From Octopus vulgaris (lineage: Eukaryota): a DNA stretch of 64,000 nucleotides. The stretch's first letter is position 1, and the number at the start of each line of letters is the position of its first letter. The position numbers and the translations under genes are program-made. The notes below the pieces were generated by a model. The model was not told the DNA's origin, did no database searches, and saw nothing but the letters and a program-made list of their open reading frames with translations. The DNA is taken from positions 33,232,001 through 33,296,000 of the forward strand of contig OX597817.1 in the NCBI GenBank assembly GCA_951406725.2, read 5' to 3'. Positions 52,961-64,000 of this stretch are shown one piece after another.

Positions 52961-55132
52961 GCATGCTGTATTACGCTATTTTCATCTTGCTGGTTCTACA
53001 TGTAAATAATAATGCATGAACATCTTTTTATGACTAGTGCGGTGTAATAAATCATTTTTAAATGCTTGCTTGGTGTTGTCTAGTTATTATACGCAGCTTT
53101 CAGAAAACTATCCGTTAACTCATTCCAGGAACAATGGAACTCTCAACTCCCAAACAACAATTGGTAACCGACGAAGTATTCTTATAGCCACAACCACATA
53201 TATTAATCAATCCTTCCACTTCTCATATTTCGAATGACTTTTCTCAGCGATTTCTCCATGTTTAGGAGAAGATAGGGTTAGTTTCAATACATTTCACAAA
53301 AAACGTTTATTTCCAATGACAATGTAGCTTCAGAAATTCATAAGAGTACGTCATGGTCATGTCTAGAACGCTTTCGATCATTGATCTGCTTAAGCATCGT
53401 TGAACTGGGATTAAACAACAAAGACATGACAAATATCTGCAGTTGAAGAATGCTACTTCGGGGAATTCCAAAATATATTTCCATTTCGTTTGATTTGCTG
53501 AATTATTCAATAACGCTTGTAGGGATGTGACGATTTTCTGTAAATATCAAAATGAGAAAATAAAACAAACAAGTGATGTGTACAATACAGAGTTTGCTGA
53601 TATGTAATATCAAATAGATAATTAGAGATGTCATTTCTTCATGACGTCATGAGTAAGCATCCAGAAAGCTGGTTAGGTGATTGTTTACGACGAGAAAAAC
53701 GCTAAAGTGTTGATATTATAATTGTTGAATCGAGAAGGCCCCCGAGAGTATTTCTTATCTTGGTTAAAACAAATGTTGCATACGTCTTTTTTAATCAAAT
53801 ATTTTTGCTTTTTGTAAAATACGGTGAGTTGATCACGAATCTGACCTAAGAATAATATATTTAAAAAGAAAGCAAAAAGAAGAAAGAAAATAAGAAAAAT
53901 ACAAAAACAAATGTAATTGATCAGGTTTATCCCCAGATCAGGCATTTTTGAATAAATCAATAACCAAGGGTGTTTTTTAGCCGTGACCACCCCGCCTTTT
54001 TCTAGAAATTCGCCGACGGTACTCCTGAAGCTACACTTTTTCCTTTTTTCTTTGTTTTTGTTTTTTAGTTGTTGTGCACCTGAGCACTGTATACAACAAT
54101 TTCGTTTCATTATGTGCGTGTGTAAGGCGGCGAGCTGGTACAATCGTTAGCACGATGGACGAAATGTTTAGCGGTATTTCGTCCATCGCTACGTTCTGAG
54201 TTCAAATTCCGCCGAGGTCGACTTTGCCTTTCCTCCTTTCGGAGTCGATAAATTAAGTACTTGTTGCGCACTGGGGTCGATGTAATCGAGTAGTCCCCTT
54301 CTCACAAATTTGTGGCCTTATACCTTCAGTACAAAGGATTATTATGTGGTTATAGTTATATATTTTTATATTGTTAACTGTAATTTGAATTGAGCTGAAA
54401 CTCCGGTAAGTGGTTTAGTACTTTTTGGTTCTCTCAACCCCATTAAAAAAATCACCATTAAAAAATTGAGTTTATATGGCGACAAGAGATTGGATTAAAA
54501 GGGTTAGATCCTTTTGATTCAATACCTAAACACATATTGACTTTGGCCACCTCAATAGGCATGGTATGATTTGTTATAAAAATGTTATTAGATGTTTAAT
54601 GTTTTATTTATTTTTTCAGTTTTAAATGATTTTTTAATAAAAATGTTATCAGATTTAATAAGACGTTTAATCGTTTCGCTTTTCATGTTTATTAATTTTT
54701 TCAATTTTTTTTGTTTCATTGAGGGGTCAAACAATTTTTTAGTTGAGGGGGATAACCCAATTTTTTAGGGTGGGTGGGTGGGTGAGATAACCAAAAATAC
54801 CGGTGATTTTTAGTTAAGAAAATGTTGTTTTTAAATTGTTAAAATTTATCCAAATTTCCGTGGGAGTGAAATTAGAAACCACATCACGAAGCTTCCGTAA
54901 GCACGATATTCTGTAACCTGATATAGTTGCAACGCGGGCGTTGCCTGTATTTGTAATAATGAATATTTTACTGAATCTGTTTCTTGATCTTTTCTGACCA
55001 AGAATAACAATCAACGAGTGATTTCTTTTACAGGAATCTAACACCTATTCACTGAATCCTATAAAACGAAAGGATTAGTTTTCTGTGTTTCAATCATTGG
55101 ATTGCGGCCACGCGGGCGTACCACCTTGAAGT

Positions 55133-55600
55133 TGTAGTGGCACAAGCAGCCAGCGCCATATTGGATGAGATCTCGCAGAAACCACTGCCATCTCTGAGAC
55201 TGGAGCGAAACCTCACCTGCATCCATTTGCCATGCGCGAGATCACAATGAGGCTCGCGATGGAAAACTATATAAAGGGAAAACCTGAGTCTAATCTCTCT
55301 CTTTTTGGCGCCATGAACACCACCACTGGCTGGACCTGTCTATATGTTGTATCTTCAGAGGCAATGTGTCCGCACTAACGGAGCTACTTACTACACAACG
55401 CACACAGCTAAAGATGGTAGCTGAGAGTAGCACACTTCACCTATCCTATGAATCCTGTAAATAAACCAGTTGTAAATAGCATTTGTACTTGAAGTTTTCT
55501 CTCTTCGCCTGCCGGAAGCCTGAACTACATAAAGAACAAAAAAAGGATGATGGAAGGAGACAATATTCTTCCGATATCGTAAACCTTGCCTTCCATTATA
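55133..55600 (+). mobile_element. Solo LTR (468 bp) inserted in a SINE remnant
   Basis: Termini TGTAGTGG / CCATTATA (imperfect IR), 4-bp TSD AAGT, TATATAAA near 55268, AATAAA near 55460. Confidence 0.75.
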
Positions 55601-55642
55601 AAGTGTTTTAATTTTTAAACCTGGCACTTATTCTATCAGTCG

Positions 55643-55897
55643 TTTTGGTCAATTTTGATACTAGCACCTGCACGATTTTCACTAAGAAAAAAAAAATTAC
55701 GGAAGACTACCAAGAGTCACGTGGAGATGAAATGGTTGTACTTCGACCTGGAGCTCCAAGACTGGGCTAGTATAGCCCTTTTCCTTTGCGCTAAGACGAT
55801 TACACACACACACACACACACACATTCTTGGTAGACTTCGGTAATCTTTTTCTTAGTGAAAATCGTGCGGCTGTTAATATCAAAATTTACCAAAAAA
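55643..55897. mobile_element. Small fold-back/MITE-like element
   Basis: Imperfect inverted arms GCACGATTTTCACTAAGAAAAA..TACCAAGA / TCTTGGTA..TTTTTCTTAGTGAAAATCGTGC. Confidence 0.6.
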
Positions 55898-56004
55898 AGT
55901 GCTGGGGTCAATTCACTCGCCTAAAAAATATTGTTCAAGGCGCTGCCCTAGCACGGCTGCAATCTAGTGAGTGAAACAAGTAAAAGAATCTGTCCGTCTG
56001 CCTG

Positions 56005-56070
<66 letters not shown>

Positions 56071-56438
56071 AAAAATAAAAATAAAAGAAAAACGAAAGGG
56101 AAAAAGGGACCCACTTACTGTAATGTATTTTCTTTTTGCATGACACTATTGCCCAAGGTTCCCGTGGTCTTTTCCGTAGGCTTTTCTATCCACGGACAAA
56201 CCTAATTTGTTTTCCCTTTTTACATTGACATTTCTGTGATACACGATCCCTATTGATCGGCCCCACTTTTTTTTCTTCACGATCCCTTTTGATCGGAATT
56301 GCCACCCCGCCCGCCTTTTTTTTCACGATCCCTTTTGATCGGAATTGCCCCCCTTTTTCCCCCCTTCTCTTCTTCCCAAAAAGAAAAGCTCTACTTTATA
56401 TTTTGTCCCTTCTGTGCCTAGCCCTGCGAAGCCAATAA

Positions 56439-56439
<1 letters not shown>
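56071..56439 (+). mobile_element. Probable 3' UTR fragment of an L1/Tx1-like element within an (ATCT)n tract
   Basis: Flanked on both sides by (ATCT)n; ends in AATAAA; pyrimidine-rich; three CGATC-loop-GATCG hairpins. Confidence 0.5.
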
Positions 56440-56523
<84 letters not shown>

Positions 56524-57062
56524 GTAACATGACCGCGCACATAATTGTTATAGAGACGAAGAGGAAGGGGGAAAATGTGATGGTAGGAGTGGTCTGACAT
56601 AAAATTAATAAAAGCGCGTAGGAGGAAATATACTTAAAGAATTCGTAATCTCTGAGGAAATGGAATGATAGGAGGGGTCGAAATACGGCTACGCATTTCG
56701 GCCAACGTCCTAACGTTTCTGCCATCGTGCGTTTGCACGTGCGTGACCTTATCTATATCTAACAAGGAGAATGTCATCCCATGCTCAAATGAGCGAGAAA
56801 GAACTTAAAGTACAGACTTGATTCTTTCTAAATTATTTTTTGTGCTTCTGGGTGAAAGCTGAGTCGTGATGTAAGAAACTCCACGCACAATAGCGATGAT
56901 TGATGGGTTGGCCAGTGTCTGTTAATGAGTTTGGAGATTGCTCGGTTATTGATACGAAAATTACGGAGGCTTTCGCGAACTCAGTTACCAAAACGTCAGT
57001 CACAAAAACAATGTGTTGGTGACCTCGTTAGGCCGATATATAGGGTATTACAATGTTTTATA

Positions 57063-57457
57063 TCTTTATATATAAAAGAGAGGTTGTGTGTCTGTCTCCT
57101 ACGATTTAGATTCCTAACTACTCCCACATTTTGCGGTGCAGTTTAACCAAAACCGGGTATCTTATAGTCGTGATTCATATCGAGCCCTTCTGGGTATTAG
57201 CGCGCGTCTACGATGAGCCTACGATTTTAAAAATAATTTACCATCATTTTTTCCCATTTTAATGCATTTTTTCGCAATTATATAAGGGAAGTAACTCTCT
57301 AAAAATGTCTACGATGAGTCAACGATTTAAAAAAAATTTACCATCATTTTTTTCCATTTTTAATGCATTTTTTTGCTATTTTTTGGCTATAACTCTCTAA
57401 AATTGCTTTATAGTTATTTCCCTTACAAACCCGAGCAACGCCGGGCGATACTGCTAG
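57063..57457 (+). mobile_element. Non-autonomous Helitron
   Basis: A|TC 5' end, 3' hairpin CCCGAGCAACGCCGGG followed by CTAG|T, no TSD; internal ~100-bp-period duplication. Confidence 0.85.
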
Positions 57458-57899
57458 TTTGCTATAATTTAGAACTTGCCCATTGACGTAGGTTAATTCA
57501 ATCCTCGTTACCCTACTCAGGCAAAGCATACAGCTTAATGGGCAAAACGCTTGTGACTAAGGTACTTGGTACAGGTTCGGAAGGGTTCCGTATAAAGCGA
57601 TAAGCTTTTGTCACCATCATGATAAATACGTGCAATATGTTTAAGTAGCTCCTGCATTTTTGCATTAAACAGAGTCACTATTTTACCTACGAAATTGGTG
57701 AAGGTGAGACAAGGAATTGAACTTTGAGTGGGGGTTAGGTGGTGGTGGTGGTGGTGGTGCGGAGGTTGAGCCCAACAAGCGGAATCGACTCATTTAAACA
57801 GCTGTGTATTACTGGAGGGATGGGGAGGATTCTAAGGGGTCATGCAGGAGAGAAGGGGGTGGATTAAGAAGTTAGGAACAATAAAGATTCAGAAGAAAG

Positions 57900-58200
57900 A
57901 AAATAAAAGTTTTAGGGAATAGTTCATTGAAAGAAGTAAGACAGAGGAGTAAAGGTCTTAGAAAAGTGAACTGTCTTCGGTGAGAGACGTTGGGGTAAAA
58001 TTGTAGAGGTTCTGTCAGTGGACAAGGATGATCCAAGTGCAGAGTTGATCAATGTTCAGTAACGCTGCAGGTGGGTGGAGGAAGCAGGCGATGCGGGCGA
58101 ACCATTCCGGGTGTCGTTTTTATGTAGGCTGTACATTTGGGTCTGCTATATAAGCCAAAATAGATTTGGGAGCACGGGTGGATGGCGGCAAATTCAAGAG
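57900..58200 (-). mobile_element. Possible Penelope-like RT remnant
   Basis: Fragmentary translations (MYSLHK, RIACFLHPP, SLTEDSSLF) loosely resemble the PLE LYGLPKVHK..RPIVS region; weak. Confidence 0.3.
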
Positions 58201-58833
58201 CTGCGCTGGATGGTACACACGCTAGTTACACCATTGATAACCTTATAGGATCACCTCGTGCGAAGAAGTGACGCATTTTCTCGGATTTGAAAAGAAAATC
58301 TAAAATGAAATGGCAGAATTGGATAGGATGCCTTGCAGTATTTATTCTGATTCTCTGCGCGCCGAGCTCAAATCTCACCAAAGTGCTTGTACCCTGGTCG
58401 TAAGATGTGCTAACACTATCAGCTAAATAAGCTTTAAATCACCCCACCCCTTCGCCATCTATTAAAACGTTTTTTGCCTTACCGTATAAATTCCCGTGTG
58501 CAGAATACAAATTCGCAAAAAATTCCAGAAAATTCCAATTTTCAAAAAAGCTATGAGCGGTTCAGAATGTTGACAACACGTGCAGTCACGCACAAAATTA
58601 CAGCTAGATCCGTCAGTTTTAGTGTGAGTAGGATAGGAGGAACAATGGGGATATGAATATGAATATAGTGAATAGGTATAGAAATGGAACGTCATCAATA
58701 AATAAGGACAGAGATATTGCGTTGGGTAACAGAATTATCAAAGATGGCAGGGATAAATTCTCAAGATATGGGGAAACTGTAGACGCAAGAAATCAAAGCT
58801 AGGAATTAATCTCTCGGGTGTACTGTAGTAATA

Positions 58834-59222
58834 TATATGTATGGAAGCACTCCGTCGGTTACGACGACGAGGGTTCCGGTTGATCCGATCAACGGAACAG
58901 CCTGCTCATGAAATTAACGTGCAAGTGGCTGAGCACTCCACAGACACGTACACCCTTAACGTAGTTCTCGGGGATATTCAGCGTGACACAGAGAGTGACA
59001 AGGCCGGCCCTTGAAATACAGGTACAACAGAAACAGGAAGTAAGAGTGAGAGAAAGTTGTGGTGAAAGAGTACAGCAGGGATCGCCACCATCCCCTGCCG
59101 GAGCCTCGTGGAGCTTTAGGTGTTTTCGCTCAATAAACACTCACAACGCCCGGTCTGGGAATCGAAACCGCGATCCTACGACCGCGAGTCCGCTGCCCTA
59201 ACCACTGGGCCATTGCGCCTCC
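58834..59222 (-). mobile_element. Young tRNA-derived SINE (OR-like) with 12-bp TSD
   Basis: Head TGGAGGCGCAATGGCCCAGTGGTTAGG..GTTTCGATTCCC; TSD ACTGTAGTAATA at 58822-58833 and 59223-59234; CpGs retained. Confidence 0.9.
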
Positions 59223-59789
59223 ACTGTAGTAATAGTACAGTAATTGATGTAGCTAGCAGTGGGCCCGGTGTACTGGACCTGCAGCATAGTATAGTCTGGC
59301 GAAAATCCTACAGAAAGCTTCAGAATACACGCTGGTCAAGGCCTGCTCAAGGTACTGGCAACCATGGGCAGTCGCCTGGGGTGCCATGTGCTAGGGGGCG
59401 CCAGGCAGGGCGTGACAGAGACAAGGAAATTTTCACGACCGTCAGCTTGCACACGCTGAAGTTCAGCTTGCCCGGGGCACCAGTAACTCTGACGTTGGTT
59501 AACCAATTTATCTTATTCCATCTGCCCCCTTCTCTTTCCACGCGCGCGCGCGCACTATTTCTCTGGCCTTAATCATTTGACCGCGGCCATGCTGGGACAC
59601 TATCTTCAAGAGTTTTATCATTACCACACCCACCCTAGTACATACTTTTATCGATCTCTTTTGCCGAGTCGCTAAGTTACGGGGACATAAACACACCAAC
59701 ATCGGTTGTCAAGCGATGGTGGAGGAACAAACAGAGACACAAAGACACACACACATAAATACATACATAAATACATACATACATACATA

Positions 59790-62770
59790 TATGACGATGA
59801 TTGCTTCATCTTAAGAGATGATAGCCGTCCCAGCAACACACACACACCACACCCCATCGCACAGTACAATCACTCCGTTGATGAGCACCTGGATGATTTT
59901 TAAGACCAGCTGCTGACTGACAGGGTTTAAAACACCAGTGACAGATTTTATTTAAGTTTCTTCTATATCTTTGCCCTTTGGAATTTGATTCTGAAGGAAT
60001 GTTTTTGTGAACTAGCATATGTCTTTTAAGTCCAGATGTTGTCTTACAAGTTTTTTGACATATGACACAAGTCGTAAGAGACCAGATATTTTCTTACAAG
60101 CTTTTTGACAAATGATACAAGTCGTAGGAGGCGCTTGGTGTCCAAGATCATTACCTATCTGGGCATTATGATTTTCATGTGACTTTATACGGTTCACGTA
60201 GGAAGCACTCCGTCGGTTACGACGACGAGGGTTCCGGTTGATCCGAATCAACGGAACAGCCTGCTCGTGAAATTAACGTGTAAGTAGCTGAGCACTCCAC
60301 AGACACGTGTACCCTTAACGTAGTTCTCGGGGATATTCAGCGTGACACAGAGAGTGACAAGGCCGGCCCTTTAAAATACAGGTACAACAGAAACAGGAAG
60401 TAAGAGTGAGAGAAAGTTGTGGTGAAAGAGTACAGCAGGGATCACCACCATCCCCTGCCGGAGCCTCGTGGCGCTTTAGGTATTTTCGCTCACACGATCA
60501 CATATAATACATATCCAATGTTCACTGTTGATTACAGGTCCTCGTATACCCTTGTATACAGAGATTAGAATGCCATTTATCCATTCTTGTGGCACAGAAG
60601 ATTCATTCCAAACTCGAGTTATCAGGCTATGAATTTCAGATTAAATATGATCCCCACCTGCTTTCAGAATTTCAACTGAAATACCATCCAATCCAGGAGC
60701 CTTACCTGATCTCAGTTTACATAATGCCAGATTTACTTCTTCAATGGAAGGTGTATCATCCATGTGTTGCACTATCTCTCTTTGCGGAATGTTGTTTATG
60801 ATATCCATGTTCACTACAGACGGATTGTGGAAAAGATTTGCAAAGTGTTCTCTCCATCTATTCATTATTCCAGGAGGATCTTTAATAACCTCATTTCCAT
60901 CTTTCGACTTCAAGGGAACATATAATGAACATTGCGGTAGAAAAGCTTGCCACAATAAACTATAGAAACTTTTAATGTCTTTCCTGTCATAGGCTGCCTG
61001 TACAACCTCAGACAAATTTTTCCACCAAGTGTCTTTAAGCTATCTGAGTTCGTTTTGCCAGTCTGATTTCTGAGACTTGTACAACTTTTCTAGTTGCACT
61101 TTGTTTTTAACGTTTGAGTCAAGAAGCTTTTCATAAGTGGGCCTCTTTGTTGCTAAAAGCTCATTTATCACTGTATCATTGGAATCAAACTAGTTTCGGT
61201 GTTGTCTCCTCTTAAGACCTAACATCTCTGATCTCATTTTATATATTCCATCACGGAAAGATTGCCATGAACCTTCAAAATGAACATTGCTGCATCTCTT
61301 CTGAAACAACTGCAAATTTTGTGGTTGTTTTAGCTGCTCTACATTAATTTTCTTTGGTACTCGTACACCAGCACTACGAATCTTCTTACGGAATCTGAAC
61401 TTGAACTTGGCCCTGACCATTTTGTGATCAGTATCACAATCAGCATCTCGCAATACTCTGAGACTACATAAATCTTGTAAGTCATCTTTCCGAGTTAATA
61501 CAAAGTTAATCATGTGATCTTAGGTGAATGCAGGTAACTTTATGCTTCATTTTGTGATGAAAGAAAGTATTCCCAACAATCAGCCCTAACTCGGAGCACA
61601 TTTGCAGCAGATGCAACCCGTTGTTGTTCACCTTTCCTATTCCATAATGCCCAAGTGTATTCCAAGCACCATAGTCTCTACCAGCACGTGCATTAAAGTC
61701 ACCAAGCACAACCAGCTTCTCATTCAAAGGGACTGACAGAATACTTCTAAGTTCCTCATAAAATGTATGGATATTTTGCTCACTAGCTGAAAGTGTAGGA
61801 GCATAAATAGAGAAAACAGTTACAAAACGTATACAAGAAAGAGGGATCCGGAGTTTCATTATGCGTGTATATATGTTTTGTGGTTGTTTTAGGTCTTTTA
61901 GCAAATCACTTCTGACTGTAAACACAACACCACCTTCCATTTTCTTTCCCTTCGGCTTCCCAGCCCAGAATAACGTGAAACCTACTGCTTTTTCGACAAG
62001 ATGATATTCATCTGAACATCTTGTTTCAGAAAGAGCTGCAATATCAACATCAAGACTCCTTAGCTCCTTAGTTATTAGAGCTGTTCTTCTTTCAGACCTA
62101 TTTGTTCAATGTAAAAGGGTTCTCACATTCCAACAGGCCAGGTTAAGAGAAACCTTATTCTTTGCAAACTTGTTATCATTGTTTGTATAAATTCTTTGTT
62201 CATTCCTGCTAAACTGAACCACCGTTAGCCGCAGTAAACTAACCAGCAGAGAGAGAGAACAAACAAGTTTTAGTGCACCTTTTCTAGCACCTTCCCATTA
62301 TATCCAGGTGAGCAGTGATTTCCTTAAAAGGGCTGCTTAGACACAAGATTCTCCACCGAAAACAGTTCCTGTCCATGAAAACATGTTAGCGATGTTAAGA
62401 ACCCTGCCGCCTTATGTGCAGGTTTGTAAATGTATGCTTCCAATCGGTCAAGTCTGCATACGTCATCACGTCTCTATCGCCATAGGACTTTTGAAAATTG
62501 ATGATTGTACGATGATGGTGTTTTGTGACAAACGCTTGCACAACACTTTTGCCAAAATAGTAGATTCCAGTGACAAGCAAAGCAAGATGATGAGTACTAA
62601 GTTGACTGCAGGTTTTATATTGGAGTACCTTCTCCTAGGCTTTTTTCCTCAAAAGGATACTGCAAGCTAGCAGTGGTAAGACAATTTGAATTCAGAGCTT
62701 TATTCTCCTATACTGGTTGTCCTAATCACGGCTTCGTTTCAAAGCAAGAGCCCAGTCTGCTCCCATCGAT
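59790..62770 (-). mobile_element. RTE-clade (BovB/AviRTE-like) LINE, decayed, RT core deleted
   Basis: APE motifs ACWNVRTL, DIAALSETR, IYAPT, LGDFNAR, TDH; KAPGLDGIS pre-RT motif; C-terminal C2H2-like CHWCFKPCQSAAGLKNH; frameshifts and stops. Confidence 0.85.
60200..60491 (-). mobile_element. 5'-truncated copy of the OR-like SINE inside the RTE
   Basis: Near-identical to 58843-59130. Confidence 0.85.
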
Positions 62771-63181
62771 CATATGATAATATATAATAATATATACATA
62801 CATATATGTACATACCTACATGTATATGTATATATACATGCATACATGGGTACAGGACGTCAAAATATTTGTGTGTCTGTGTTTGTCCCCCCAACATCGC
62901 TTGACAACCGATGTTGGCGTGTGTACGTCCCCGTAACTTAGCAGTTCGACGAAAGAGACCGCTAGAATAAGTACTAGGCTTACTAAGAATAAGTCCTGGG
63001 GTCGATTTGTTCGATTAAAGGCGGTGCTCCAGTATGGCCACAATCAAATGACTGAAAGAAGTAAAAATATATATTGTTGGTAATAAAAGATGTTTTCTAG
63101 TAAATCAAAAACACACAAAAAAATCCATAAAATAACTCACTTTACGTTTAATAGCAAAAAAAAAAAAAGAAAAAAGTTTGG

Positions 63182-63385
63182 ACAAGAGCACTCAGAGAGT
63201 GCAAGCCTCCATCAAGGCAATACCAACGTTCTTTCAACGATTAGCTGGAGATGATTTTTAAAATGAGAATATCTGAAATAAACTCACACAAACGAGAATT
63301 CTAAAAATGAACCTGACCGGTCTCAAAAATTAAGTAAAAAACAGGAAAAATAATCCAAAATCCTTGTCCGGCACCGATCGATGTT
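63182..63385 (-). mobile_element. Helentron-associated (HINE-like) terminal fragment
   Basis: ACAAGAGCACTCAGAGAGTGCAAGCCTCCATCAAGG terminus with GCACTC..GAGTGC hairpin. Confidence 0.45.
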
Positions 63386-63542
63386 TAGTGAATTAATGTT
63401 GAGAATTATTGTTTGAAGAAGGTGAAAGTTGTTAATATTATTGGTGAAACGTCTCGCGCGTGCTACTTGCTGCTGTTGTTGCATTTTGCTATTCTTTTTT
63501 TGCCCCCATTTTGGGTGAAAAGAGAAACGTAGTCATTCCGGT

Positions 63543-64000
63543 ATGGAGAGCTACGCAAAGGCTGCTGCTGCGAGAACAGCCGCGTCATTAGAAGCAAAGC
63601 AGATTAATGTCAATATGGAAGAAATTTTGAGGAGTGAACAGTTAATAAGAAAAGAGGGAGATACTATTAAATTGATCCCTCCAACAGAGACTACAAATGA
63701 TAAAGTTTGGAAAACAGTGGTGTACAGAACACAAGCGGTTGCCACCAACAAGATAGAGTGACGGAAGAAGAAATAGAAGAATGTTTGGGCGAGATTGTAA
63801 AGAAGGCAACGTACATTGGCAGAAGAAGAAGATTTGACACGGTGGAGGTGAGGTTTGCCACAAAGGAAGAGGCGGCCTCACATTCCACCGCCATCCTGAG
63901 GACAGTGAAGGTAGCGCTATTGCCCACGTACAGGGGAAGGCGCAGTGTACGAATTAGGATACCAGAGGTACCACCTGATATCAAAACCGAGTGGTTGGTT
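63543..64000 (+). pseudogene. L1/Tx1-like ORF1 N-terminal part (frameshifted), runs off window
   Basis: MESYAKAAA start; after a frameshift near 63740-63760 continues TEEEIEECLGEIVKKATYIGRRRRFDTVEVRFATKEEA..RIRIPEVPPDI, typical of RRM-type ORF1; probable 5' UTR from ~63385. Confidence 0.6.

Noticed and set aside
58458-58635. Second Helitron
   Set aside because: Candidate TC and CTAG ends are inconsistent in orientation and lack the A|T insertion context
62680-62770. Ribozyme in the RTE 5' leader
   Set aside because: Some pairing is visible but I could not fit a hammerhead, HDV or twister core

Overview
AT-rich, microsatellite- and transposon-dense eukaryotic DNA. The tRNA-derived SINE families and RTE/Dong LINEs point to an octopus/cephalopod genome (inference from repeat content). 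I find no intact host protein-coding gene; most listed ORFs are microsatellite or SINE artefacts. Recognisable elements: a nearly full-length but frameshifted R4/Dong (RT + restriction-like endonuclease) retrotransposon at 28.4-32.4 kb and several fragments of related elements, RTE LINE remnants, an internally deleted Gypsy element nested in a SINE, two solo LTRs, two copies of a mariner deletion derivative, hAT/piggyBac/mariner MITEs, a non-autonomous Helitron, and the start of an L1/Tx1-like ORF1. The most notable signal is a set of hammerhead-ribozyme (HHR) motifs with palindromic stem-III loops in Penelope-like/retrozyme-like repeats, most of them abutting microsatellites. The clearest is a 361-bp monomer present as a direct tandem plus an inverted copy (49491-50600), each monomer carrying a variant type I HHR. 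A second is a canonical-core HHR with an enlarged stem-II loop and a perfect 38-bp fold-back (13.1-13.5 kb). Also seen: a long-TIR MITE flanked by an exact 96-bp direct duplication, and a decayed unknown reading frame split by a solo LTR. All structures were read by eye; no folding, alignment or database search was run.
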